Below, one piece after another: positions 20,150 to 30,343 of a stretch of 64,000 bases of DNA; the stretch's first letter is position 1; each line of letters begins with the position of its first letter. The translations under genes and the position numbers were made by a program. The notes below the pieces were generated by a model. That model saw only the letters and a program-made list of their open reading frames with translations, was not told where the DNA came from and did not search any database. The DNA is from Bacteroidales bacterium (GTDB taxonomy: Bacteria > Bacteroidota > Bacteroidia > Bacteroidales > JAHJDW01): assembly GCA_041671145.1 (NCBI GenBank), contig JBAZBZ010000002.1:16854-80853 (forward strand), read 5' to 3'.

Positions 20150-20887
20150 ATGCCAAGTAATTTATTTAATAGAAAGAAAAAAACAAAAGTAGGAATACTA
20201 TATCTATGTACAGGAAAATATGATTTATTTTTTAAAAAGTTCTATTATACCTGTGAAAAATATTTTTTAAGAAACTGCGAAAAACATTATTTCATCTTTA
20301 CCGATTCCAAATTACATTTCCCCGGAAACAAAAGGATTCACAAGATTTTTCAGGAGCATCTTGGTTGGCCGAACATGGCATTAAAAAGATATCATATATT
20401 TATTAATTGTTTAAATTTATTTGAAGAATTTGATTACCTCTTTTTTTGTAATGCAAATTTAGTTTTCATTAATTATATTGATGAAGAAATTCTGCCGAAA
20501 AAAGAAGGTCTGCTTGCTGTTAAGCATCCACATTCATATGGTACAGAAAGAAAAGATTTTCTTTATGAAAAAAATCCCTTATCTACTGCTTATATTAATG
20601 ATAATGAAGGCGAATATTATTTCATGTCAGGATTTATTGGAGGAAAAACAGAAAATTTTATTGAATTAATTAAAACCATAAAACAAAATACAGATAAGGA
20701 TTTAGAAAAAAATATTATTGCAGCATGGCACGATGAGTCACATTGGAATAGATATTTAATAGGTAAGAATGCTAAAATTCTTGATTATTTTTATTGTGCG
20801 GCAGAGGGTATGACAACACGTAACTTCACGAAAATAATAATTATCGACAAACGTAACTATGGTGGACATAAATATTTGAGACAATAG
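20150..20887 (+). CDS. GT6 family glycosyltransferase (ABO / alpha-1,3-Gal(NAc) transferase-like, bacterial NxN type)
   Basis: GILYLCTGKYDLFF, LGWPN, LKRYHIF, DYLFFCNANLVF (NAN replaces DxD), AAWHDESHWNRYL and YGGHKYLRQ. Confidence 0.85.
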   Translation: MPSNLFNRKKKTKVGILYLCTGKYDLFFKKFYYTCEKYFLRNCEKHYFIFTDSKLHFPGNKRIHKIFQEHLGWPNMALKRYHIFINCLNLFEEFDYLFFCNANLVFINYIDEEILPKKEGLLAVKHPHSYGTERKDFLYEKNPLSTAYINDNEGEYYFMSGFIGGKTENFIELIKTIKQNTDKDLEKNIIAAWHDESHWNRYLIGKNAKILDYFYCAAEGMTTRNFTKIIIIDKRNYGGHKYLRQ

Positions 20888-21016
20888 CAAAACCACCAAA
20901 TTAAATGGAAAATCTATTATTTCAATACACAGAAGAAAAATCATTGACAATATTGGGCAACAAAGAATTAAAATTTCACCTTCCTACATTTAATAAAGGT
21001 AATTCATCTGAAAGTT

Positions 21017-22309
21017 ATGAAAATTAATTATCGAAATATTTTCAGATATTCTGATTACAGATGGCTACTTGCTATCGGAATACTTGCTTATTTTGCGGTT
21101 GTAATTTATAATATTATTGCATGGAACGATTATGCCAGAACATGGGAAGGATGGTTAAATATAAGTCCAGAGAGACCTGGCTTTGCCGATTTCAGGAGTA
21201 TTGCAAAAGCATGTGAGATTTTTCGTAACAGGCATTATTCAATTTTTACTGATTTTAATAGTATGTCATTAGGTTTTGGATACCCTAAAATTTGGTTTCT
21301 ACTATCTTATTTAGGAATTAAGGAATCTCATACAAATATTATAAGTATTATTTTTATTACTTTGTTTTTTATTGCAATTTTTAAAATAATAGAAAAAATA
21401 GGATTTGTGGAATCCTTATTTTACTTTATTACTATTACTTCTTTTCCTTTCATATTAGCAATCGAAAGGGCTAATGCTGATTTGATTATTTTTTTATTGT
21501 TATTCTTATCTTTTTTATTTTTCAAAAAAAATAAAATATTCTTGTCTGTCTTTAATATTATATTATCTGTTTTTCTCAAATATTATACAATTTTCACATT
21601 AGTAGTTTTCGCTGACAAAAAAAAATCTTTTGTTAAAATATTAATGATTTCATTTTTAGCATTTGGCATTTATTCATATTTATTTTTTAGTGATATTTCC
21701 TTTATGTTAAATATGAAAAACAAATACTACAATTCAATATGGCATTCATACGGAATGTTTATTTATGTTGATTATATAAAACTGTTCATTTCAAATTCAT
21801 TGGCAATTCACAACAAAGCTGAATATTTATATTTATTAAAATATTTTCATGGCATTTCATTATTTGTAGTTATTTTAATTTTTCTGAGCGTTTTTTATTT
21901 TTCTATAAAGAATAAAAACTCATCAGCTTTTAAAAGCCCTTATATTAATGAATTCAGAATAGGAACTTCTGTTTATATCGGTAGTTTTTTTCTTGGATAT
22001 AATTTTGATTACAGATTAATTTTTCTGATATTTACATTGCCACAGATATTTTATTGGATAAAACACGAAAAAAAATTAAAATTTATATGTTTAATTATTT
22101 TAACATCAATTTTAGTTAGTTTTAATTATTACTACTTTGCTGTAGATTATTTTTTATTATTTAAATGGAATAGAATATTTTCATTTAATGTCTTATTGTT
22201 TACTTTGCGAGAGTTGTCTTTATGGGTAATGTTTTCACTATATTTATATATAATTGTTATTACCATGCCTGAAAACATCAAAGAAAAAATAATATTATTT
22301 AATAAATGA
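21017..22309 (+). CDS. Polytopic membrane protein (GT-C/DUF2029-like or Wzy-like; function unresolved)
   Basis: 430 aa with more than 10 hydrophobic segments. It lies within the glycan operon and has an ATGA overlap with the downstream GT11. Confidence 0.55.
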   Translation: MKINYRNIFRYSDYRWLLAIGILAYFAVVIYNIIAWNDYARTWEGWLNISPERPGFADFRSIAKACEIFRNRHYSIFTDFNSMSLGFGYPKIWFLLSYLGIKESHTNIISIIFITLFFIAIFKIIEKIGFVESLFYFITITSFPFILAIERANADLIIFLLLFLSFLFFKKNKIFLSVFNIILSVFLKYYTIFTLVVFADKKKSFVKILMISFLAFGIYSYLFFSDISFMLNMKNKYYNSIWHSYGMFIYVDYIKLFISNSLAIHNKAEYLYLLKYFHGISLFVVILIFLSVFYFSIKNKNSSAFKSPYINEFRIGTSVYIGSFFLGYNFDYRLIFLIFTLPQIFYWIKHEKKLKFICLIILTSILVSFNYYYFAVDYFLLFKWNRIFSFNVLLFTLRELSLWVMFSLYLYIIVITMPENIKEKIILFNK

Positions 22310-23148
22310 TAATAGTTAAACTTCAAGGCGGAATAGGCAATCAAATGTTCCAATATGCGATAGGAAAACATATTGCAATATTGAACAATATGGAATTAAA
22401 GCTTGATATTTCTTCATTTGAAAAAGATTCTCTAAACAGAAAATACGAACTGCATAATTTTAATATTTCAGAAAGTATTGCTTCAGAAAAGGAAATTAAA
22501 AAAATTATTAATAAAAGGTTTTTTGCTTTTTCACAAAACAACACTATAATAAAGCAACGATTTTTTGAATACGATGCTGAAGTATTGAAAAAATACAATA
22601 ACAACATTTACCTTGACGGTTTTTGGCAAAGCGAAAAATATTTCTTTCAAATTAAAAATATCATACAAAAAGAATTTACATTAAAATACGCAAATGACTT
22701 CAACAAAAATTTCGAACATATTTTAAATAAAACCGAAACCCTCAATTCTGTTGCAGTTCACGTTCGCCGCGGCGACTATGTGAATTCAAAATTCGGACAA
22801 AATAATTACCGAAACATTCACTCTGAAGGATATTATAAAAAAGCATTTGAAATAATTTCAAAAAAAACATCCGCTCCCGTTTATTTTATGTTTTCAGATG
22901 ATATCGAATGGTGCAAGAATGAATTTAAAAAAATAAAAGATTTAATTTTTATCGAATCCCATAAACCTCATGAAGACCTTATATTAATGAGCTTATGCAA
23001 ACATCAGATAACAGCAAACAGTTCGTTCAGCTGGTGGGCGGCATGGCTGAATAATAATCCTTATAAAACTATTATAGCTACTGATAAATGGTTTTATAAT
23101 AACTGGAATACAATTAATTTAATATCCGAAAATTGGACAAAAATTTAA
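22306..23148 (+). CDS. GT11 alpha-1,2-fucosyltransferase
   Basis: MIIVKLQGGIGNQMFQYAIGKHIA, GFWQSEKYF, HVRRGDYV and ITANSSFSWWAAWL. Confidence 0.85.
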   Translation: MIIVKLQGGIGNQMFQYAIGKHIAILNNMELKLDISSFEKDSLNRKYELHNFNISESIASEKEIKKIINKRFFAFSQNNTIIKQRFFEYDAEVLKKYNNNIYLDGFWQSEKYFFQIKNIIQKEFTLKYANDFNKNFEHILNKTETLNSVAVHVRRGDYVNSKFGQNNYRNIHSEGYYKKAFEIISKKTSAPVYFMFSDDIEWCKNEFKKIKDLIFIESHKPHEDLILMSLCKHQITANSSFSWWAAWLNNNPYKTIIATDKWFYNNWNTINLISENWTKI

Positions 23149-23151
23149 ATA

Positions 23152-23916
23152 TCATTTTATAGCTTCTACAACAATACTTTCATAATTATTCATTTCTATT
23201 GAAGTATCAAGATGATGAGTTTCTATGCCATTTAAATTATCGTCTTCGCTGGAACCAATTTTACATTGTTTAATTTTCCTAAAACCGCATTTATTTATTA
23301 CGTATTTCAAAGTTTTTAAATCATAAATAAATTTATGACCCCAGCTATAAAAAAAATTATTAATAGTAAAAACATCAAAAAGTTCACTCTGTTTAGGAAA
23401 ATCATTAGATTTCAACCACATTTCATAAGTATTTTCTAAATATTTTTTTTGAATTTCAGTAATATTATTGTTATTGTGAAGAATTGTTAATGCTTCAAGA
23501 TTAGGGGTAACAATTCTTATTTTACCTCCATGTTTTAGAATCCTGAAACATTCATTTAAATGAAATACAGCTTGTTCAAACGTAATATGTTCAATAAAAT
23601 GTTCAGAGAAAATATAGTCGAACTTATTATTTTCAATCGGGAATGATTTGGTAGCATCAAGATAAATTGTTTTCCCAGAATCACAAATACAGGTATTCAG
23701 CCATCCATCAATAAAATGGGATTTTCCTCCAGTACCTATTTGAAGCTTCGGAATCTTGTTGTTTTTGATAAATTCATTAATTTTATTTTTTGCATTTTTA
23801 AGCTTTTTATTAAATTTATATTTCTCATAATATTTTGTTGGAACATTCCATAAAATAACATCAAAAAATAAAAATATTTTTTTTATAATTTTCATAAAAT
23901 CAAGATGTTTTATCAA
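23152..23916 (-). CDS. Class I SAM methyltransferase
   Basis: FDYIFSEHFIEHITFEQAVFHLNECFRILKHGGKIRIVTPN. An alternative start 21 nt downstream (MKIIKK) would remove the overlap with the GT14 gene. Confidence 0.7.
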   Translation of the reverse strand: MIKHLDFMKIIKKIFLFFDVILWNVPTKYYEKYKFNKKLKNAKNKINEFIKNNKIPKLQIGTGGKSHFIDGWLNTCICDSGKTIYLDATKSFPIENNKFDYIFSEHFIEHITFEQAVFHLNECFRILKHGGKIRIVTPNLEALTILHNNNNITEIQKKYLENTYEMWLKSNDFPKQSELFDVFTINNFFYSWGHKFIYDLKTLKYVINKCGFRKIKQCKIGSSEDDNLNGIETHHLDTSIEMNNYESIVVEAIK

Positions 23917-24883
23917 TTAATTTCAATATTTCATTATCAATATTTGTTTCAAATTTTCTTGCGAAAAGTTTTTTTGAATTCATTAATTCCTCAAAATCAT
24001 TTATTGTAAATGTTTTTGGATGTGAACTATTTTCATTAAAAACAATATATCTTAAATTGTCATTTACAATTTCACTTTTATATCTCGAATTCATGAGGCA
24101 GGTTGCTGCAAACATTTCATCAGAAAGCAACGTACGTTTATAAAATCTTATAAGAAATTTATTTTTTTTATAAAATTCCAGAATATATTCAGCACAATCT
24201 TTTGTTACGCTCCACCATTGACTGCCACCATAAGGTTCAATGCCTTCAGGAAAATTACGATGCTTTGGAAAAATAGCACTTAAAATAAAATTCATCAAAT
24301 CTGTTTTTAATGTCTTTTCTCCGATTTTTTTTGGGATCTCGAAAATAAAAATTTTCAGATTCACAAAAAAATTGTGTGGCATATAATGATTATCGGGAAT
24401 ATAAAAATATTTGCCGAAAATTTTCATTCGTCGCTTTTCAATTCTTCTTACACCAAACTCTTTCCATATTTGCTCTTCGGCATATTCGCCATTTTCAGCA
24501 GGTAACATTTTCCAGTATTTCAAAAACTGTTTTCCATAGTTATCCTTAAAATATTTCTTAATGTTTTCATTTGATTTCAAAGGATAATCCTGAGCACTTA
24601 TAACATTAAAATAATCATAATTTATATTTTTTTCATTTAATAGCACTATGGAATGAAATACCGCTTTAACAATTCCTACCTCGCCCCAAGCCCCATTTCC
24701 CCTTTTACAGAAAAATACATTTTTGTGATTGCAATATTTATTTTTTATTTCTCTAAATATTTTATTGGAAGATTTTTTACAAAAGTGTATCACAAAAATC
24801 GTATCATCCGAAGAAAGACGTGAGAGCAAACGAAATAATTGTTCGGGTTCTTTATGTGCTAATATTAAATAAACAAGTTTCAT
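23900..24883 (-). CDS. GT14 (core-2/I-branching enzyme family) glycosyltransferase
   Basis: VYLILAHKEPEQLFRLLSRL, WGEVGIVKA, ISAQDYPLKSNENI, GGSQWWSVTKDCAEYIL and SDEMFAATCLMNS. These match Branch-domain blocks. Confidence 0.8.
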   Translation of the reverse strand: MKLVYLILAHKEPEQLFRLLSRLSSDDTIFVIHFCKKSSNKIFREIKNKYCNHKNVFFCKRGNGAWGEVGIVKAVFHSIVLLNEKNINYDYFNVISAQDYPLKSNENIKKYFKDNYGKQFLKYWKMLPAENGEYAEEQIWKEFGVRRIEKRRMKIFGKYFYIPDNHYMPHNFFVNLKIFIFEIPKKIGEKTLKTDLMNFILSAIFPKHRNFPEGIEPYGGSQWWSVTKDCAEYILEFYKKNKFLIRFYKRTLLSDEMFAATCLMNSRYKSEIVNDNLRYIVFNENSSHPKTFTINDFEELMNSKKLFARKFETNIDNEILKLIDKTS

Positions 24884-25050
24884 CTGAAATTATTTCTATA
24901 ATGCAATATTAGAAAAAAAATATTTGTTATGTATTGTTAATTTCAATTCTATCTCGTTGCTCTATGTTTGTAGTTCAAAGCCATGATTGTTAAAATTACT
25001 ATTAACAACTCATGATTATAAATGCAAATTTAAAACAATTAAACTAATAA

Positions 25051-25080
25051 AATATTTAATGATATTTAATAATATTTAAT
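25051..25080. repeat. 3 x 10-bp perfect direct repeat ([a/g]atatttaat) just upstream of a GT2 gene
   Basis: aatatttaat gatatttaat aatatttaat, followed by a partial unit attttta. It ends 15 nt before the ATG at 25096, in the divergent intergenic region with the GT14 gene. Confidence 0.7.
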
Positions 25081-25095
25081 ATTTTTACAAGAATT

Positions 25096-26115
25096 ATGAT
25101 TAACGAAGGAATATCAGTTGCAGTTTGTTGTTACAACAGCGAAAAGCGTTTACCTCATACTTTGAAACATTTATTCAATCAAAAGGTTGATTTAAATTTC
25201 AAATGGGAAATTATTATTATAAACAATAATTCTTCTGACAATACGAAAGAAGCGGCTTTAAAGTCATATAAAGATTCCGGCGGTAATATTCCCTTTTCAG
25301 TTGTTTATGAATTTAGACAGGGACTAATTTTTGCGAGAGAAAAAGCATTTGAAGCTGCAAAATATAATTTTGTTTGCTTTGTTGATGATGACAATTATCT
25401 TGACGAAAATTATATTAAAACTGCGTTCGATATCATGAGCAAAAACAGCGAAATTGCTGTTTTGGGTGGGTATAGTGAACCAATTGCCGAAATTGATTTT
25501 CCCGAATGGTTCAGCAAATTCAAGAACGCTTATGCTATAGGAAAACAAAATACATTTTCAGGCGATATAACAAAAATAAAAGGATATGTTTACGGTGCCG
25601 GCTTCATTGTAAATAAAAAATGCTGGAACTATATAAAAGCAAAAGGATTCAGATGCTTTACAACTGGCAGAAAAGGAAAAAGTTTTTCTTCAGGTGAAGA
25701 TGTTGAAATTTGTATTGCAATGCAAATTGCAGGATATAAAATATGGTATGATGAAAACCTTAAATTAAAACATTTTACTCCGAATGAAAGATTAACCGCA
25801 ACATATTTAAAAAAATTTTATAAAGGAAATGGAAAAACATACCCTCTCTTAAATATTTACAAATATTATCTCTATTATGACACTCATCCCTCGGAATATC
25901 TGAAGCTACCTTTATGGTTTGACAGGTTTTTATTTATGCTAAAAGATTTTCAGAAATACTTTAATTTCTTTTTATTTAAAAACAAGTTAAGTATCGAACA
26001 TTTTGAGGCAGTAGAATATTTCGAAGAATTAAAATCGCTTTTAAAAATAAATTTCAGATTAAAAAAGCATTATTCTGAAATTCTTGAATTAAAAAGAAAT
26101 TTACAAAGGAAATGA
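25096..26115 (+). CDS. GT2 glycosyltransferase
   Basis: ISVAVCCYNSEKRLPHTLKHLFNQ...IIINNNSSDNT and FVDDDN. Confidence 0.8.
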   Translation: MINEGISVAVCCYNSEKRLPHTLKHLFNQKVDLNFKWEIIIINNNSSDNTKEAALKSYKDSGGNIPFSVVYEFRQGLIFAREKAFEAAKYNFVCFVDDDNYLDENYIKTAFDIMSKNSEIAVLGGYSEPIAEIDFPEWFSKFKNAYAIGKQNTFSGDITKIKGYVYGAGFIVNKKCWNYIKAKGFRCFTTGRKGKSFSSGEDVEICIAMQIAGYKIWYDENLKLKHFTPNERLTATYLKKFYKGNGKTYPLLNIYKYYLYYDTHPSEYLKLPLWFDRFLFMLKDFQKYFNFFLFKNKLSIEHFEAVEYFEELKSLLKINFRLKKHYSEILELKRNLQRK

Positions 26116-27299
26116 AAAAAGTTCTGGTAATATCACCGGTTCACACACATCCCATTAATGGTGGAAGCAGCTTTGGAGTTAATAATGTTTGCAATAACTT
26201 GAAGAGTATCGGCATGGATGTTCATTTTTTATATATCGCAAATAGTCCGGGTTTTGATACAAAACAACTGTACATTGATGAAATGGGAAAAATATTTAGG
26301 GAGAGGTTTTTTACTTTCGAATCTAAAAATAAATTTCCTTTTGCACCAATTGCTCCAAAAAATATTTTTCAAAAAATAAAACAGAAATTCTTATTCGAAA
26401 TCAAGTCAAATAAATTTTATACAAATAAAATTGATGATTTTTTTGATGACGGGATTAATGAGTTTCTGCAAGATTTGCAATCAAAAGAAAATTTCAAAGC
26501 AGTTATTGTTAATTATGTTTTTTATTCAAAGGCATTAACAATATTTGGCAAAAATGTATTAAAAATATTGGAAACGCATGATTTGTTTGCAAACAGACAT
26601 TTAATATTTCACAAAAAAAGATTACCTAATACGTGGTTTTCATTTTCACCAAATGCAGAAATAAAAGGATTAAAACGTGCTGATGTTATAATTGCCGTTC
26701 AAAAAAGCGAAAAGGTTTATTTTTCGGAAAAATTAAAAAATAAAAAAGTTATATCAGTAGGAAGAATACTTGATATTTCCGAATTCAAACCAAAAGAAAA
26801 AACAACAAATAAATTACTTTATATTGCTTCCGGAAATAATACAAATCTTGCTTCTTATAATTATTTCCTCGAAAATATTTTCCCTATAATCATTAAAAAA
26901 AATCCTGAAGTTGAACTTTTAGTTGCAGGTAGTATTTGCAATTTAATTGATGACAACAAAAATATTAGAAAGCTCGGAAATATTGATAAGCTAAATGATA
27001 TTTATGATAGCTGTGATGTTGTTGTTAATCCTGTGATTTTAGGAACAGGTTTAAAAATCAAAACAGTTGAAGCACTGTTTCATAATAAACCTTTAGTAAC
27101 AACATCAATAGGTGCAGAAGGACTGGAAGAAGGAATTAATACTGCCTTTTTTGTTGAAGACAAACCCGAAAAATTTGCTGATAGAGTTGTTGAATTGCTC
27201 GAAAACATTGAATCATACAACAAAACCTCAAAAAATGCTTTTGAATTTATAAAAAAATATAAAGATGATAATCTTAATGAATTGAAAAATATTTTCTGA
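26112..27299 (+). CDS. GT4 (Glycos_transf_1, GT-B fold) glycosyltransferase
   Basis: C-terminal block VVVNPVILGTGLKIKTVEALFHNKPLVTTSIGAEGL. Confidence 0.8.
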   Translation: MKKVLVISPVHTHPINGGSSFGVNNVCNNLKSIGMDVHFLYIANSPGFDTKQLYIDEMGKIFRERFFTFESKNKFPFAPIAPKNIFQKIKQKFLFEIKSNKFYTNKIDDFFDDGINEFLQDLQSKENFKAVIVNYVFYSKALTIFGKNVLKILETHDLFANRHLIFHKKRLPNTWFSFSPNAEIKGLKRADVIIAVQKSEKVYFSEKLKNKKVISVGRILDISEFKPKEKTTNKLLYIASGNNTNLASYNYFLENIFPIIIKKNPEVELLVAGSICNLIDDNKNIRKLGNIDKLNDIYDSCDVVVNPVILGTGLKIKTVEALFHNKPLVTTSIGAEGLEEGINTAFFVEDKPEKFADRVVELLENIESYNKTSKNAFEFIKKYKDDNLNELKNIF

Positions 27300-28187
27300 T
27301 TATTTTTCCCACGTAATAAATTTTGTTCTGTTAATTTTTCTGAAGAATATTTTATGAAGAAGTTTTGAAAGAAAAATAAATATTTGCGCTCCGTGACCAA
27401 AAAGCTCCCTTTTTCCGAGAATTTTCACAAATCTATATAAGCCAATAGTTTTTTTTGTAAGTTGAGTATTCTTGTTAAAATTTTCATAATGAATAAAACA
27501 TGGCTGGTATTTCCATTCAAGAGTTTCGAGTTTGTATCCAAAATCTTCTTTCAATGATTTCTGAAAATAGCCCGAACTATCCCACGATATTGTTTTACCA
27601 TTTATAATTTCCTTATGATATAAATGAGAAACTCTGCATTTAAAAGCACCTTTTTTATAAATACAAAACCATGGACTCCATCTCTCACTTAATGTCATAT
27701 AGCTTTCGGAGTATGTATCGTAATAATTTTCATTCAATGGATTATAATCAGTTGATATTGCAATTAAATTGATATCACTTTTCAATTTATCAAGCATTCT
27801 GTATATAAATTTCGGATTCAGTATTTCAAAATCAGAATCAACAGTTGCAACATAAGGTGTATTTATTTTTGAAAGCTCATTATCCCAAACAACATCATTT
27901 CTGTCAAAGGGTCCCATCAAATGATATTTTGAAGTTTTACGATTAGGTTTTTTATCATCAGTTTGATGCGTATTTTCAATAATGTCAACAAACTTATATT
28001 TTCTCCATTTTTGAAAATGAACTTTTTTCAACTCTTCATCAATCCAATTTGAATAGAGCAATAACCTGAAATTAATATTTTTTAATTTCTCATAACTTTT
28101 TATTGTATAATCGGTAATTAATAAACACTTATTAGTTACCACCATGAAAAAAGTAATTTCGGGTTCTTCCATTTTTTTTATAACCAA
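27300..28187 (-). CDS. Hypothetical protein, possible GT-A-like glycosyltransferase
   Basis: 295 aa and soluble. Contains YVATVDSDFEILNP (DxD-like). I recognise no family with confidence. Confidence 0.4.
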   Translation of the reverse strand: MVIKKMEEPEITFFMVVTNKCLLITDYTIKSYEKLKNINFRLLLYSNWIDEELKKVHFQKWRKYKFVDIIENTHQTDDKKPNRKTSKYHLMGPFDRNDVVWDNELSKINTPYVATVDSDFEILNPKFIYRMLDKLKSDINLIAISTDYNPLNENYYDTYSESYMTLSERWSPWFCIYKKGAFKCRVSHLYHKEIINGKTISWDSSGYFQKSLKEDFGYKLETLEWKYQPCFIHYENFNKNTQLTKKTIGLYRFVKILGKRELFGHGAQIFIFLSKLLHKIFFRKINRTKFITWEK

Positions 28188-28774
28188 TTTTCAATTTCCT
28201 CAAAACTTTTTAATCTAAGCCATCTTTCATTGTTTTCAATATAGTCATTCCAAGTAAGTTCGGTATATTTTTTATTTAAATTAATTATATCAGTATTTTG
28301 TCTTATTTTAATAATGCCGCAACCCCAGTCAAAATTGGCAGTTACAATATCAATATCGGGATTTTGCCTATAATAAACCAAAGCTTTCCAAACATCACCG
28401 TTCCAATTTTTAGTTCCCTGGTCAGGAAATAATGCTTCTTTTTCATTTATGGGATGGCAGTCATGTACAATAATTGTTCCTGCTTTATTCAGAATTTTTA
28501 AAGAATTTTTAATGTCCTTGTATGTCTGAACAGAATAATGCAGCCCATCAATAAAAACGATATCGAAATTTTGTTTATTAAAAACATTTAATTTGTTCAA
28601 TAAAAAATATTTATTTGAATTCATCCTGACATTTCCGCCATTATATGGGTCAACACCAATTTTATTTTCGCAAATTATATTATCAAAACATTCATTTTTA
28701 TTGCATCCTATTTCAAGATATTTTTTATAATTATATCTTTTTATTAAATAATTTATCAATTCAATTCTATTCAT
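28178..28774 (-). CDS. Class I SAM methyltransferase (Methyltransf_24/CmcI-like)
   Basis: YLEIGCNKNECF and FDIVFIDGLHYSVQTYKDIKNSLKILNKAGTIIVHDCHP. Confidence 0.7.
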   Translation of the reverse strand: MNRIELINYLIKRYNYKKYLEIGCNKNECFDNIICENKIGVDPYNGGNVRMNSNKYFLLNKLNVFNKQNFDIVFIDGLHYSVQTYKDIKNSLKILNKAGTIIVHDCHPINEKEALFPDQGTKNWNGDVWKALVYYRQNPDIDIVTANFDWGCGIIKIRQNTDIINLNKKYTELTWNDYIENNERWLRLKSFEEIENWL

Positions 28775-28831
28775 GCTAATGATAATATTTTATTTTTTTT
28801 ATTATTTGGTTTTATTTATTCTTTACGTTTT

Positions 28832-30343
28832 CTATAATTTTGCTACCTTCTTTTTCTTTAACGGTCTAATCAAAGGTCTGTTAATTTTTCCTCCTGTAAA
28901 ATCAAATATTTCAATTTCTCTGTTATTATTCCTGTTGCGTAATATAACTTTATTTATGTTTATTGAAGTGTCAACTTTTTGAATTATTGTTTTATTTGAT
29001 TTAAGATGAAAATTTGTCTGTTGCGCATCGGTAAAATAATAATAAAAAACAGTATCATTTTTTTCGTAGACATTATCTATTTTCTTTGCAATTACATTGA
29101 AGAATTTATTCCTTGTTACAAAATAAGTATTGAAATCATAAATTATCATTACACCGATATACACTGTGAACAAAACAAAAAGGAAGTACTTAAGAATATT
29201 TCTCACAAAGAATATCTCGTAAATTCCAATTGATAAAGAAATTATTATAAAAGGAACAGAAAATTGCGAATATTGAAATGAATAAGAAAGAGTGTGCCCT
29301 GATTTAACAGCTAAAATATTAGCCAATAAAAAACATGAAAACCCAAGAGTTAGAATTAATGATATTTTTTTTAATTCAAATGTCTTTTTATTTTTAAAAG
29401 AAAGCAAAATAAAAGCCATCGGGATTAAAAGTATTAGAGCAAGGTATCTCATTTTATAGCCCCAGCCAAGCATATCCCAATGTAAATAGTCGCCAATCAA
29501 ATATGTGTATAATTGATATGTATATAAAATCATTATTTTTATACTTATAACTTTTTCCCACAAATCAAATTCCCTTGCTTCTTTGAGCCACATTTCATTT
29601 CTTTGAGTCATCAATTGAAATCCCTGGTATCCATAAATAAAATACCATAACAAGAACACAACGAGCACAATCACACCACATATAAAAAGATTTTTCCACT
29701 TAACTTTATCTCTTAAAAATAAAATTGCAAATAATGCATGAACTAGAATTATGTAGAATGCCGAATAATGTGCAAACAGCAGCGCAATAGATGAAATTGC
29801 GTACAAAAAATAATTTATTTTTTTATCTTTTTCATAAAATATTTTAACAAAATAAAATGATGAAATAAGTGAAAGTAAAATTGCAAATTCGTATGAACGA
29901 GTTAGCACACCGAACTGAATTAGCGAAGGATGAATAATAGCAATCGCAGAGCTAATGTATGCAACATTTATATTGAATAATTTCTTTGCAAGTAAAAAAG
30001 TAAATAAAACAACTAATGCACCGCAAATTACAGAAAATAACCTTGTAGCAAAATCGCTGCTTCCAAAAACAGATGACCAGTAATATAGAATAATATTATA
30101 TAACAAACAATTTCCCGATTCGCATCTCATATTACTACTAATAACACTTTTGATATTATTATTATTATATGACTTATTATCAAAAGCCGAAAAAGTATTA
30201 AAAGGCACCTGACAATTTGAAGAAGTGTATGTAATCATAAACTCATCCCATGTCTTGGAGTTATAGTTTATTGAAATTATTCTCACAGCAAAAGCCATTA
30301 TGAATATTGATAAAACAATTAATATTTCTCTGTTAAATTTCAT
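28832..30343 (-). CDS. GT-C (ArnT/PMT_2-like) polytopic glycosyltransferase candidate, paralog A
   Basis: 503 aa, multi-TM, with WDEF acidic motif just after TM1. By eye it is about three-quarters identical to 32299..33798, with long identical runs. Confidence 0.65.
   Translation of the reverse strand: MKFNREILIVLSIFIMAFAVRIISINYNSKTWDEFMITYTSSNCQVPFNTFSAFDNKSYNNNNIKSVISSNMRCESGNCLLYNIILYYWSSVFGSSDFATRLFSVICGALVVLFTFLLAKKLFNINVAYISSAIAIIHPSLIQFGVLTRSYEFAILLSLISSFYFVKIFYEKDKKINYFLYAISSIALLFAHYSAFYIILVHALFAILFLRDKVKWKNLFICGVIVLVVFLLWYFIYGYQGFQLMTQRNEMWLKEAREFDLWEKVISIKIMILYTYQLYTYLIGDYLHWDMLGWGYKMRYLALILLIPMAFILLSFKNKKTFELKKISLILTLGFSCFLLANILAVKSGHTLSYSFQYSQFSVPFIIISLSIGIYEIFFVRNILKYFLFVLFTVYIGVMIIYDFNTYFVTRNKFFNVIAKKIDNVYEKNDTVFYYYFTDAQQTNFHLKSNKTIIQKVDTSININKVILRNRNNNREIEIFDFTGGKINRPLIRPLKKKKVAKL

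Noticed and set aside
20906-21028. A 40-codon ORF (MENLLFQYTEEKSLTILGNKELKFHLPTFNKGNSSESYEN) between the GT6 gene and the polytopic gene.
   Set aside because: It is short with no motif or terminator, and it overlaps the ATG of the next gene. It could be a remnant, but there is no evidence for expression.
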